Below, in pieces: positions 38,990 to 48,925 of a stretch of 64,000 bases of DNA (the first letter of the stretch is position 1; every line of letters starts with the position of its first letter). The notes under the pieces were generated by a model, which saw only the letters and a list, made by a program, of their open reading frames with translations, did no database searches and had not been told where the DNA came from. A program made the translations under genes and the position numbers. The stretch is taken from contig CAVZZO010000001.1 of NCBI GenBank assembly GCA_963779755.1, positions 2,048,001-2,112,000 of the forward strand, written 5' to 3'. The DNA is from an uncultured Gemmatimonadales bacterium. GTDB lineage: Bacteria > Gemmatimonadota > Gemmatimonadetes > Gemmatimonadales > GWC2-71-9.

Positions 38990-40542
38990 ATGCCCGATCC
39001 CCGAAACCTCCTCGACGATCTCCACCGCCGGCAGGCCGAGGCCGAGCAGGGCGGGGGGAGCAGCGCATCGCGCAACAGCACAAACGCGGCAAGCTCACCG
39101 CCCGCGAGCGGCTCGATCTCCTCCTCGACGAGGGCAGCTTCGTCGAGTACGACCGCTTCGTAGTCCATCGGGCCACCTCGTTCGGCCTGGACCAGGAGAA
39201 ATACCCGGGCGACGGCGTCGTCACCGGCTACGGGCGCATCGACGGACGCCTGGTGTACGTCTTCTCCCAGGATTTTACCGTCTTCGGCGGCTCGCTCTCG
39301 GAAACCTTCGCCGAGAAGATCTGCAAGATCATGGACCTCGCGGTGCGCAACGGCGCGCCGGTGATCGGCCTCAACGATTCGGGCGGCGCCCGCATCCAGG
39401 AGGGCGTCGCCTCCCTCGGCGGGTACGCCGACATCTTCCTGCGCAACACCCTGGCGTCCGGCGTGGTCCCCCAGATCTCCGCCATCCTGGGCCCCTGCGC
39501 CGGCGGCGCCGTCTACAGCCCCGCCATCACCGACTTCGTGTTCATGGTCCGCAACCTGAGCTACATGTTCGTCACCGGGCCCAACGTGGTGAAGACGGTG
39601 ACGCACGAGGAGGTGAGCTTCGAGGAGCTGGGCGGCGCCGACACCCACGCCGGTACCTCGGGCATCGCCCACTTCGCCTGCGACAGCGAGCCGGAATGTC
39701 TCGCCGCCATCCGGGAACTGTTCAGCTACCTCCCCGGCAACAACGTGGACGATCCGCCCTTGCGCCCCAGCGATGATCCTCCCGGGCGGCGCGACGAGTC
39801 GCTGCTGGGGGTCATCCCCGAGGCGCCGTCCCGCCCCTACGACATGCACGAGGTCATCCGGGCCGTGGTGGACGAGGGCACCTTCTTCGAGGTGCATCGC
39901 GAGTTCGCCGGGAATCTCCTGACCGGATTCGCCCGGTTGGGCGGCCGCCCGGTGGGGCTCATCGCCAATCAGCCCGCCGTGCTGGCCGGAGTGCTGGACA
40001 TCAACGCGTCGGTCAAGGGGGCGCGGTTCATCCGTTTCTGTGATGCTTTCAATATCCCGCTCGTCACCTTTGTAGACGTCCCCGGGTTCCTGCCCGGGGT
40101 GGCCCAGGAGCACGGCGGCATCATCCGGCACGGGGCCAAGCTGCTCTACGCCTACTGCGAAGCCACCGTGCCCAAGCTGACGGTGATCACCCGCAAGGCC
40201 TATGGCGGAGCCTATGACGTGATGAGCTCCAAGCACATTCGGGGCGACCTCAACCTGGCCTGGCCCTCGGCGGAGGTGGCGGTCATGGGGCCCAAGGGCG
40301 CGGTCGAAATTCTGTTCCGCAAGGAGATCGCCGAGTCGGCCGACCCGGCCGAAGCCGCCGCCCGGTTTACCGACGACTACACCAGGCGGTTCGCGAATCC
40401 CTATAGCGCGGCGGAGCGGGGCTTCGTGGATGACGTCATCGACCCGCGCGACACCCGGCCCCGGCTGATCGACGCGCTGGCCACCCTGGCCACCAAGCGC
40501 GACCGGAATCCGCCGAAGAAGCATGGGTGTATACCGCTGTAG
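38990..40542 (+). CDS. pccB: Acyl-CoA (propionyl/methylmalonyl-CoA) carboxylase carboxyltransferase subunit; apparent 1-bp deletion in the G6 run at 39053-39058
   Basis: [13 protein letters not shown] continues in another frame as [73 protein letters not shown]. Confidence 0.9.
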
Positions 40543-40607
40543 GGACAGGGGATAAGGCACCAGGGACAGGGGATCCCGTCTGTCCCTGGTCCCTTGTGCC
40601 CTGTCAC
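40541..40607. repeat. Inverted array of heptamer repeats
   Basis: AGGGACA GGGGATA AGGCACC AGGGACA ... CTGTCCC TGGTCCC TTGTGCC CTGTCAC; starts at the pccB stop. Confidence 0.7.
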
Positions 40608-40655
40608 GGTATGAACCATGTTACAGGCCTGAAACAGATCTCCGATTCCAAGCCC

Positions 40656-41648
40656 ATGCACCGAATCCCACCTGTCTGGCATCGCGGCGTCTGCGCCGCC
40701 CTGGCCCTGTGCCTCGGCGGCTCCGGCCTGCTGTACGGCCAGGGGTCGGTGGACCCGACGGTGACGCCCCGGGCCGCCCTGATGGACCGGGCCGGGGAGC
40801 GGGGGATGGCCACCGAGATGCTGGGGCGCTACCTGGCCACCGCGCCGGACGACGGAACCGCCTGGTTCCATCTGGCGCGGTTCTACCTGCTCGATGCCCG
40901 CGACTGGCATCTTCAGGGCCACACCGGCGATCCGCCGGGGCCGCTCTATCTCGATCTGGCCGGAACCGCCATGGACGAAGCCGTGCGGCTGCTGGTCGAT
41001 TCCGGCGTGGTCTACCGCGCCCTGGTGGAGATGGAACGCGCCCGGCTGTTCGTGGAGGCCCACGGCTGGAATGCGGCCCGCGAGCGCCCGCGCGACGAAC
41101 CGGTCTATCTGCCGCCCTTCCTGCGTGAGCTGGGCACCAACCTGCTCTCCAGCTGTCCCCGGAACGGAGTCCTGGTGACGGGCGGCGATCTGGAAATGGT
41201 CGCGGTATGGTACGCCTCGCTGGAAGGCGGCCACCGGCCCGATGTAACCCCGCTCGATCCCCGCTTCTACGCCACCGATTCCCTCTACCGTGCGGCCATC
41301 GCAACGGCGCTGGGAGTCGATCCCGGCCTGCCGGTGCAGCAGGCGCTGCAGCAGGTGGCCAGCCGCCGGCCCGTCTGCCTGGCCCCGCTGGCCGACCCTG
41401 CGGCGGTTCCCTTCGACAACTTCGCCCCGCGGCGCCTGGTGCGGGTGAGCCCGGCCGATGCCGCCGGCGAGCCGGCCCCCGGCGCCCTCAGCGTCGCGCG
41501 GCTCATCGCCGTCGAGCGCGGCAGGGGCTCCGTCTGGACCACCACGGTCCGGCGGATCTACGGCCAGGCCGCTCAGTTCAACCCGCTCCTCTGTCAGGGC
41601 CTGTTCCAGCCGCTGGGAGACCGACCTCTCGGCGCATGCGGCCGCTAA
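40656..41648 (+). CDS. Hypothetical exported protein
   Basis: Signal-peptide-like N-terminus (VCAALALCLGGSGLLYGQ), TPR-like helical start, overlaps the accC start; start codon uncertain. Confidence 0.6.
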   Translation: MHRIPPVWHRGVCAALALCLGGSGLLYGQGSVDPTVTPRAALMDRAGERGMATEMLGRYLATAPDDGTAWFHLARFYLLDARDWHLQGHTGDPPGPLYLDLAGTAMDEAVRLLVDSGVVYRALVEMERARLFVEAHGWNAARERPRDEPVYLPPFLRELGTNLLSSCPRNGVLVTGGDLEMVAVWYASLEGGHRPDVTPLDPRFYATDSLYRAAIATALGVDPGLPVQQALQQVASRRPVCLAPLADPAAVPFDNFAPRRLVRVSPADAAGEPAPGALSVARLIAVERGRGSVWTTTVRRIYGQAAQFNPLLCQGLFQPLGDRPLGACGR

Positions 41649-43138
41649 GCCGCATCCTCGTCGCCAACCGCGGCGAAATCGCTCTCCGGATCATCCGCGC
41701 ATGTCATGAAGAAGGCCTCGAGGCCGTTGCGGTCTATTCCGCCGTCGACCGGCTGAGTCCGCACGTCCAGGCCGCCGACCTCGCTATTCCCATCGGGCCG
41801 GCCTCCCCCGCCGAGAGCTACCTGCGGATCGACCGGCTGATCGACACGGCCCGCGAAAGCGGCTGCCAGGCGGTGCATCCCGGCTACGGGTTTCTGGCCG
41901 AGCGGGCCGCCTTTGCCGAGGCGGTAACTGCCGCGGGACTGGTGTTCGTCGGGCCGCCGGCCGACGCCATTCGTGCCATGGGCGACAAGACCGAAGCGCG
42001 CCGGCGCATGGCCGAGGCCGGTGTGCCGATCGTGCCGGGCACCACCGTGCCCGACGCCGACCCGGGCCGGAGCCGTAAGGCGGCCGATGAGATCGGCTAT
42101 CCCGTGGTGGTGAAGGCGGCGGCGGGCGGAGGGGGAAAGGGCATGCGCGTAGTGCGGGAGGGGGCGGCGCTGGCCGGCGCGCTCGCTACCGCCTCCTCCG
42201 AAGCGGAAAAGGCCTTCGGTGACGGCGGGGTCTACCTGGAGAAGTACATTGAGCGGCCCCGGCACGTGGAGATCCAGGTCCTGGCCGATCACCAGCGGAC
42301 CGTCCATCTGGGCGAGCGCGAATGCTCGGTGCAGCGGCGCCACCAGAAACTGGTGGAGGAAGCGCCCTCGCCCGCCGTTTCGCAGGAGCTGCGGCAGCGC
42401 ATGGGGGCCGCCGCGGTGCAGGCCGCGGAAGCCGTGGGCTACCTCGGCGCGGGTACCTGCGAATTTCTTCTCGGGGCCGACGGCAGCTTCTACTTCCTGG
42501 AGATGAACACCCGGATCCAGGTCGAGCACCCGGTGACGGAGCTGGTCTACGGTGTGGATCTGGTGCGCGAGCAGCTCCGGATTGCGGCCGAGAAGCCGAT
42601 GCGGGTGCCCACCCGGCCGCTGCATCCCCGGGGCTGGGCGCTGGAATGCCGGATCACCAGCGAGGATGCCGCCAACGGTTTCCTGCCTTCTACCGGCCGG
42701 ATCGAATATCTGGAGACTCCCGCCGGCCCCGGTGTGCGCTGGGACGGCGGCATCGCGGTGGGCAATGAGGTCACGCTCTACTACGACTCGCTGCTGGGCA
42801 AGCTCATCGCCTGGGGCGCCGACCGCAGCCAGGTGATCTCCCGGATGCTGCGCGCGCTCGACGAGCTGATCATCGTGGGCGTCTCCACCAATCTGCCCTT
42901 CCATGTCCGGCTGCTGCGCGATCCCGACTTCCAGGACGGCGAGCTCGACACCCAGATGCTGGAGCGCCGCCCCGACCTGCTGCAGCTGGATCTCCCCGAC
43001 GATCAGGCCGCGACCCTGGCGGTGGCGGCCGCCCTGGCGGAGGACGAGTCCCGGCGCCGGCGGCGCCCGCCGGTGAGCGCCGAGGCCCCGGCGGCCAGTC
43101 TCTGGTCGCGCACCGGCCGGCTCGACCAGCTGCGATGA
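41636..43138 (+). CDS. accC: Biotin carboxylase subunit
   Basis: ILVANRGEIALR, HPGYGFLAE, KAAAGGGGKGMR, RECSVQRRHQK, FLEMNTRIQVEHPVTE. Confidence 0.94.
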   Translation: MRPLSRILVANRGEIALRIIRACHEEGLEAVAVYSAVDRLSPHVQAADLAIPIGPASPAESYLRIDRLIDTARESGCQAVHPGYGFLAERAAFAEAVTAAGLVFVGPPADAIRAMGDKTEARRRMAEAGVPIVPGTTVPDADPGRSRKAADEIGYPVVVKAAAGGGGKGMRVVREGAALAGALATASSEAEKAFGDGGVYLEKYIERPRHVEIQVLADHQRTVHLGERECSVQRRHQKLVEEAPSPAVSQELRQRMGAAAVQAAEAVGYLGAGTCEFLLGADGSFYFLEMNTRIQVEHPVTELVYGVDLVREQLRIAAEKPMRVPTRPLHPRGWALECRITSEDAANGFLPSTGRIEYLETPAGPGVRWDGGIAVGNEVTLYYDSLLGKLIAWGADRSQVISRMLRALDELIIVGVSTNLPFHVRLLRDPDFQDGELDTQMLERRPDLLQLDLPDDQAATLAVAAALAEDESRRRRRPPVSAEAPAASLWSRTGRLDQLR

Positions 43139-44406
43139 CCGGGGGCGAAACTGTGCGGATTGACCGGCTGGCCGCCGGGGGCGACGGCGTGGGCCGCCTG
43201 GCTGACGGCCGGGTGGTGTTCATCCCCCGCACCGCGCCGGGCGACCTGGTCCGAACCGGCCCCATCCGGCGGGCGCGCCGTCTGGCTCGTGCGCGCGTGG
43301 CCGCCCTGCTCGAGCCGGGGTCCGGGCGGGTGGAGCCGGCCTGCCCCCACTACACCCGCGACGAGTGCGGCGGCTGCCAGCTGCAGCACCTGACCGCGGA
43401 AGCGCAGGTACAGGCCAAGTCCGGCTTCGTGGCCGATGCTCTGCGGCGGATCGCCCATCGCGAGACCGGACCACCGCCGGTGGAGGCCGCGCCCGAGGGC
43501 TGGCGCTACCGTACCCGCATCGCGATGGCGGTCGGACGCGATGGGCGGATCGGGTTGCATCCCGTGGATCGCCCCGGCGCGGTATTCGATCTGGACGACT
43601 GCCCCATTACCGCGCTGCCCCTGATGCGGCTCTGGCGATCGCTGGCGCCACATCGCGGCCTGCTGCCGTCCGATACCCGTCGCCTGCTCCTCCGGCTGGA
43701 TGAACACGGCGGCCGGCACGTCATCGCCGAGGTGAGCGGGACGGTCCCCTGGAGCCGCGCCCCGGACCTGGCCGGTGCGCTGGAGCGGGCGGGCGAGCAA
43801 GCAGTGCTGTGGTGGCATCCGGAAGGCGGGGCCGCGCGGACGGTGGCGGCCAGCGGCGAGGCCTATCCCGCCACCGTCTTCCAGCAGGTATACCCGGTGA
43901 TGGCCGCCCGGGTGCGTGCCCACGCGCTGCGGCGGCTGGCCGCGGGCACGGGTTCGACGGTGTGGGACCTGTACGCCGGCACCGGCGATACCTCCCTGGC
44001 GCTGGTGGCGGCCGGGGCGAAGATCGCCAGCGTGGAGCAGGATCGCCGGGCCGTCGCCCTGGCCGAGGTGCGTCTCCGGGGGCATCTCGGCATCGCGCCG
44101 GAGCGGCCGCTGCCGCCGGCGGTGGATATCCGGAGCGGCCGGGCGGAGACCCTGGTGTCTCGGCTCCCCCGGCCCGACCTGATCATCACCAACCCGCCCC
44201 GGACCGGCATGGCGGAGGGGGTCACCCTGGCCGTGGGCAGGGGCGGCGCGCATCGGGTGGTGTACATCTCCTGCGACCCGGCCACGCTGGCGCGCGACGT
44301 GAGCCGGCTGGGTTCCGGTTGGCGGCTGGCCGATGTGCACGCGTTTGATCTCTTCCCCCAGACGGCCCACGTGGAGACGGTGGCGGTGCTGGAGCGCGCG
44401 TCATGA
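43135..44406 (+). CDS. RNA m5U methyltransferase, RlmD/TrmA family, with TRAM domain and Fe-S motif
   Basis: CPHYTRDECGGCQLQH, DLYAGTG, NPPRTG, YISCDPATLARD, DLFPQTAHVE. Confidence 0.9.
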   Translation: MTGGETVRIDRLAAGGDGVGRLADGRVVFIPRTAPGDLVRTGPIRRARRLARARVAALLEPGSGRVEPACPHYTRDECGGCQLQHLTAEAQVQAKSGFVADALRRIAHRETGPPPVEAAPEGWRYRTRIAMAVGRDGRIGLHPVDRPGAVFDLDDCPITALPLMRLWRSLAPHRGLLPSDTRRLLLRLDEHGGRHVIAEVSGTVPWSRAPDLAGALERAGEQAVLWWHPEGGAARTVAASGEAYPATVFQQVYPVMAARVRAHALRRLAAGTGSTVWDLYAGTGDTSLALVAAGAKIASVEQDRRAVALAEVRLRGHLGIAPERPLPPAVDIRSGRAETLVSRLPRPDLIITNPPRTGMAEGVTLAVGRGGAHRVVYISCDPATLARDVSRLGSGWRLADVHAFDLFPQTAHVETVAVLERAS

Positions 44407-44930
44407 AATACTTCGTGCGGGTGGCAGGGAAAGAGTGGGTGGTGGAGGTCGATGGCGACCGGGTGGCGGTGAACGGCCGCGAAAGCCGCGCCCAGCTCGG
44501 CGCCATCGCCGGCACTCCGCTGCGGCACCTGGTGCTGGACGGGCGCTCCCACCGTTTCCCGTTCGCCCCGGGGGGGCGCGGCAGCTGGCGTATCGGCCAG
44601 GGCGGCGAGTTCTGGGACGTCGAGGTGGTCGATGAGCGCACCCGCCACATCCAGAGCCTCACCGGCCAGGCGGGCGGCGCCCGGGGGCCGGGAGTGCTGC
44701 GGGCGCCCATGCCGGGGCTGGTGGTCCGGCTCGAGGTCCGGCCGGGCCAGCAGGTGGCCGCGGGACAGGGGGCCGTGGTGCTGGAGGCGATGAAGATGCA
44801 GAACGAGCTCCGGGTGGCGAGCCCCGGGACGGTCAAGGCGGTCCGGGTCGCGGCGGGGCAGGCGGTTGAGAAGGGGCAAGTGCTTGTGGAATTTGATGAT
44901 GAGGAGCCAGGGGAGGAGAGCGGGGAGTAA
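44403..44930 (+). CDS. Biotin carboxyl carrier protein
   Basis: RAPMPGLVV..LEAMKMQNE biotinylation motif. Confidence 0.92.
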   Translation: MKYFVRVAGKEWVVEVDGDRVAVNGRESRAQLGAIAGTPLRHLVLDGRSHRFPFAPGGRGSWRIGQGGEFWDVEVVDERTRHIQSLTGQAGGARGPGVLRAPMPGLVVRLEVRPGQQVAAGQGAVVLEAMKMQNELRVASPGTVKAVRVAAGQAVEKGQVLVEFDDEEPGEESGE

Positions 44931-44977
44931 AGGGCCTCTCCCGCGCCCCGGGGGAGGGTGGCGGCCCGATTTCGGCC

Positions 44978-45007
44978 TTGACCTAAATCGTTACTGCCAG
45001 CTAGTTT
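44978..45007 (+). promoter_or_regulatory. sigma70-type promoter of rplM-rpsI
   Basis: TTGACC-18 bp-TAGTTT. Confidence 0.6.
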
Positions 45008-45050
45008 TAGCGTCTGGCTTCTTTCGGGAATTTTCTGGACTTCCGGGGTT

Positions 45051-45503
45051 ATGAACACCTATACGGCAACACCGAAGGACATCACGCACGACTGGCACGT
45101 GGTTGACGCTGCCGGCGTGCCGCTGGGCCGGCTGGCGAGCCAGGTGGCGCAGCTCATTCGCGGCAAGCACAAGCCGACGTTCACGCCGCATATGGACGGC
45201 GGCGACTTCGTCGTGGTCATCAACGCCTCGCAGGTGCGGCTTACCGGCCGCAAGCTGACGCAGAAGACCTACTTCGCGCACAGCGGCTACATGGGGCACG
45301 AGTCGCATACCGCCGCCCGCGACATGCTGGCGCGGCACCCCGACCGGGTGATCGAGAAAGCCGTCTTCGGCATGCTGCCCAAGAATTCGCTCGCCCGGCA
45401 GAAGCTGCGGGGCAAGCTCAAGGTCTATCCCGGGGCGGAGCATCCTCACGAGGCGCAGCAGCCGGCGCCGTTTGTCATCGCTTCTTCGACGGTGAAGTCA
45501 TGA
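45051..45503 (+). CDS. rplM: 50S ribosomal protein L13
   Basis: WHVVDA..LGRLAS..GKHKPTFTPHMDGGDFVVVINA..GMLPKN. Confidence 0.97.
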   Translation: MNTYTATPKDITHDWHVVDAAGVPLGRLASQVAQLIRGKHKPTFTPHMDGGDFVVVINASQVRLTGRKLTQKTYFAHSGYMGHESHTAARDMLARHPDRVIEKAVFGMLPKNSLARQKLRGKLKVYPGAEHPHEAQQPAPFVIASSTVKS

Positions 45504-45901
45504 GCGCGAGTCCGGAATTCCGCTGGCAGGCCGTGGGCCGCCGCAAGACCAGCGTGGCCCGGGTGTACCTGACGCCGGGAACCGGCAAGTGGGACATCAA
45601 CGGCCGCACCCTGGGCGATTTCTTCCCCCGGCCCTCGCTGGTGCAGCACATCCAGCAGTCGTTCACCGCCACCGATACGCTGGGTGCCTTTGATGTACGG
45701 GCCCACGTGCGGGGCGGCGGCGTGTCGGGGCAGGCGGGCGCCATGCGCCTGGCCATCGCCCGGGCGCTGGTGGAAGCCGACGGGACGCACCGCACCAAGT
45801 TGCGCGGCGCCGGCCTGCTGACGCGCGATCCCCGCGCGGTGGAGCGGAAGAAGCCCGGGCAGCCGGGCGCCCGGAAGCGCTTCCAGTTCTCGAAGCGGTA
45901 G
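45500..45901 (+). CDS. rpsI: 30S ribosomal protein S9
   Basis: GRRKTSVARV, GGGVSGQAGA, LTRDPRAVERKKPG..RFQFSKR. Confidence 0.97.
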   Translation: MSASPEFRWQAVGRRKTSVARVYLTPGTGKWDINGRTLGDFFPRPSLVQHIQQSFTATDTLGAFDVRAHVRGGGVSGQAGAMRLAIARALVEADGTHRTKLRGAGLLTRDPRAVERKKPGQPGARKRFQFSKR

Positions 45902-45944
45902 TCCGCGGCCCGGGCGGGCAATGCTGCCCGCCGGGTCGAATCTT

Positions 45945-46008
45945 CACATCACCGGATTTCCGTCCGGGTGCCCCGCGGGGTTCGACGGAGAGAGGAAGGT
46001 GATGGACG
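45945..46008 (+). promoter_or_regulatory. Putative S2 (rpsB) leader RNA, t44-like
   Basis: CATCACC/GGTGATG outer stem, TTCCGTC/GACGGAG inner stem, central GGGTGCCCCGCGGGGT resembling rpsB leaders; directly upstream of rpsB. Confidence 0.6.
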
Positions 46009-46042
46009 ATCAACCCTGAGCAGGAGAGGAACAACCGTCTGC

Positions 46043-46936
46043 ATGTCTCAGCCGCAACTGCAGGACCTGCTTGAAGCCGGAGTTCACTTCGGCCATCAGA
46101 CCCGCCGCTGGAATCCGAAGATGCGCCGGTTCATCTTCGCGGAGCGTTCCGGGATATACATCATCGATCTGCAGAAGACCCTCCGCCAGATCCTGAAAGC
46201 GGAGGAACTGCTGCGCTCCATCCTGCTGCGGGGCGAGAACGTGCTCTTCGTCTGCACCAAGCGGCAGCTCAAGGGCATCGTCCGGCAGGAGGCGGTGGAC
46301 TGCGGCGCCTTCTACGTCACCGAGCGGTGGCTGGGCGGTACGCTCACCAATTTCCAGACCATCAAGCGCCAGCTGCGGCGCTACAAGGAGCTGGAGCAGG
46401 GCAGCGCGGAAGGCGAGTTCGCCCACTATACCAAGAAGGAAAAGCTGCTCTTCGAGCGCGAGCGGGAGAAGCTGGGCCGCAATCTCGAGGGCATCAAGAA
46501 CATGAGCCGGCTGCCCGGGGTGCTCTTCGTGGTGGATGCCAAGAAGGAGCGCATCGCGGTGGCCGAGGCCAACAAGCTGGGGATCCCGGTGGTCGGCATC
46601 GTGGATACCAACGCCGATCCGGACCTCATCACCGTGCCGATTCCGGGCAACGACGACGCCATCCGCTCCGTCTCGCTCATTACCGGCGCGCTGTGCGATG
46701 CCATCCGCGAGGCCCGCGCCCAGATGCCGGTGCGCGAGGCGAACGAAGATCTCGAAGCCGAGACCTACAGCACCGATGCCGGCTCGGAGGCCGACATGGA
46801 CGCCGAGCGCCGCAAGCGGCGGACCCGGCGCAAGCGCCGGCCCAAGCCCGAAGCGATCGCCGCCCGGCTGAAGACGGAGAGCGAAGGGAGCGAGGGCGAG
46901 GGCGCCCCCGCGGCCGCGAGCGGCCCCGAAGCCTGA
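46043..46936 (+). CDS. rpsB: 30S ribosomal protein S2
   Basis: LLEAGVHFGHQTRRWNPKM, RWLGGTLTN, DTNADPD..PGNDDAIRS. Confidence 0.97.
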   Translation: MSQPQLQDLLEAGVHFGHQTRRWNPKMRRFIFAERSGIYIIDLQKTLRQILKAEELLRSILLRGENVLFVCTKRQLKGIVRQEAVDCGAFYVTERWLGGTLTNFQTIKRQLRRYKELEQGSAEGEFAHYTKKEKLLFEREREKLGRNLEGIKNMSRLPGVLFVVDAKKERIAVAEANKLGIPVVGIVDTNADPDLITVPIPGNDDAIRSVSLITGALCDAIREARAQMPVREANEDLEAETYSTDAGSEADMDAERRKRRTRRKRRPKPEAIAARLKTESEGSEGEGAPAAASGPEA

Positions 46937-47024
46937 CCGCGGAGGCCGGCCGATCAGACGCGCCGCCGCTCGGGGCCCGGGAGGGCTCGGGCGGCGGTCT
47001 TGTAATTCACCAGAGGAACGACCG

Positions 47025-47636
47025 ATGGCTCAGACCATAGCAACGACCAAGGATATCGCCGAGCTGCGCCAGCGCACCAGCGCCGGCATGATGGACTGCA
47101 AGAAGGCGCTCGAGGAGTCGGGCGGCGACATGGAGAAAGCCGTGGAGGTCCTGCGCAAGAAGGGGATCGCCCGGGCGGAGAAGCGGGCCGGCCGCAGCGC
47201 CGCCCAGGGGCTGGTGCTGAGCTATATCCATCACAACGCCCAGGTGGGCGTGCTGCTGGAGCTCAACAGCGAAACCGATTTCGTCGCCCGCACCGACGAC
47301 TTCCGCGAGCTGGGCCGCGAGATCGCCCTGCACATCGCCTCGCACGACCCGTCGCCCATCGGGGTGTCGGCGGCCGATCTGCCGGCCGATCTGATCGACC
47401 GGGAACGGCGCATCGCGAAGGAACAGGTCGAGGCCGAGGGCAAGCCCGAGAAAATCCGCGACAAGATCGTCGAGGGCAAGGTGCAGAAGTTCATCAGCGA
47501 ACGAGCCCTGCTGGAGCAGAAGTTCGTCAAGGACGACAGCAAGACCATCGCCCAGCTGGTGCAGGAAGTGAGCGGCAAGGTCGGCGAGGCCGTCCAGGTC
47601 CGCCGCTTCGCCCGGTTCAAGGTCGGGGAGGCCTGA
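47025..47636 (+). CDS. tsf: Elongation factor Ts (short form)
   Basis: [33 protein letters not shown]. Confidence 0.96.
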   Translation: MAQTIATTKDIAELRQRTSAGMMDCKKALEESGGDMEKAVEVLRKKGIARAEKRAGRSAAQGLVLSYIHHNAQVGVLLELNSETDFVARTDDFRELGREIALHIASHDPSPIGVSAADLPADLIDRERRIAKEQVEAEGKPEKIRDKIVEGKVQKFISERALLEQKFVKDDSKTIAQLVQEVSGKVGEAVQVRRFARFKVGEA

Positions 47637-48349
47637 TGCCGCCGGCCTACGCGCGCGCACTGCTGAAGCTGTCAGGCGAGGCGTTGGCCGGAGACAAGGG
47701 CTATGGGCTGGACTATCGCGTGGTGGACGCGCTGGCCGACGAACTCAAGGCCGTCTATGCCAGCGGCGTCCGCCTCGGCCTGGTGGTGGGTGGAGGCAAC
47801 ATCATGCGCGGCGCCGCGGCGAGCCGGGACGGACTCCTCGATCGCGTCGCCGCCGACAACATGGGCATGCTCGCCACCGTGATCAACGCGCTGGCGGTGC
47901 AGGACATTCTGGAAAAGAAGGGCGTGGACACGCGGGTGATGACCGCCATCCGGATGGAGTCGCTGGCGGAACCCTACATCCGCCGGCGCGCCATCCGCCA
48001 CCTGGAAAAAGGCCGCCTGGTTATCTTTGCGGCAGGGACGGGGAATCCCTATTTCTCGACCGATACGGCGGCGGTGCTGCGGGCCCTGGAAATCGAAGCG
48101 GAAGTGATCCTCAAGGGCACCAACGTGGACGGCGTCTACACCGCCGATCCGCGGAAGGACCCGGCAGCGAAATTCATTCCGGAGTTGTCGTTCCAGGAGG
48201 CGCTGGTCAAGCAGTACGCCGTGATGGATGCCAACGCCTTCGGGCTCTGCATGGGGCACCACCTCCCCATCAACGTGTTCAACATCAACCAGCCCGGCGC
48301 CATTCACCGGGTCCTCCAGGGCGACCGGGTGGGGACCATCGTCCGATGA
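47636..48349 (+). CDS. pyrH: Uridylate kinase
   Basis: [38 protein letters not shown]. Confidence 0.96.
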   Translation: MPPAYARALLKLSGEALAGDKGYGLDYRVVDALADELKAVYASGVRLGLVVGGGNIMRGAAASRDGLLDRVAADNMGMLATVINALAVQDILEKKGVDTRVMTAIRMESLAEPYIRRRAIRHLEKGRLVIFAAGTGNPYFSTDTAAVLRALEIEAEVILKGTNVDGVYTADPRKDPAAKFIPELSFQEALVKQYAVMDANAFGLCMGHHLPINVFNINQPGAIHRVLQGDRVGTIVR

Positions 48350-48900
48350 CGACCATTGCCGACACACTGAAGCAGGCTCGCGAGTCCATGGACAAGGCCG
48401 TGGAGAGCACCAAACGCGAGCTCCAGACCATCCGCAGCGGCAAGGCCAGCCCGCAGCTGCTCGATCTCGTCCGGGTGCCGGCCTATGGGGCCGAGGTGCC
48501 GCTGAACCAGGTGGCCATGGTGGCCGCCCCGGAGCCGCGGATGCTCACGGTGCAGCCCTTCGACAAGTCGCTGGCCCACGCCATTGAAAAGGCCATTCGC
48601 GACTCGGACCTCGGGCTCAACCCCGCCGCCCAGAGCGGCATCATCCGGGTGCCGATTCCGTCGCTCAACGAGGAGCGGCGCAAGGAGCTGGTGAAGCTCA
48701 CCCACAAGCTGGCCGAAGAGGGCCGGGTGGGCGTCCGCCATGCCCGGACCGACGCGCTGCATCGGATCAAGAAGACCGAGCACGTCTCCGACGACGACAA
48801 GTCGCGCGCCGAGAAAGACGTGCAGAAAATCACCGACGAGCACATCAAGCAGATCGACCAGCTGCTGACGGCCAAGGAAGCCGAAATCATGGCAGTGTGA
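48346..48900 (+). CDS. frr: Ribosome recycling factor
   Basis: [39 protein letters not shown]. Confidence 0.96.
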   Translation: MTTIADTLKQARESMDKAVESTKRELQTIRSGKASPQLLDLVRVPAYGAEVPLNQVAMVAAPEPRMLTVQPFDKSLAHAIEKAIRDSDLGLNPAAQSGIIRVPIPSLNEERRKELVKLTHKLAEEGRVGVRHARTDALHRIKKTEHVSDDDKSRAEKDVQKITDEHIKQIDQLLTAKEAEIMAV

Positions 48901-48925
48901 CCGGTGCGGCCGGTGCGAGACTGAG

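Noticed and set aside
25095..39066. Programmed ribosomal frameshifting at the two frame breaks
   Set aside because: No canonical slippery heptamer with a stimulatory structure; single-base indel errors are more parsimonious
38413..40560. 715-aa minus-strand ORF as one protein
   Set aside because: Most of it is antisense shadow of pccB; only 38413-38871 has family motifs and its own start signal
47025..47636. Truncated EF-Ts
   Set aside because: A short form of about 200 aa is a known natural variant; the ORF is intact and coupled to pyrH
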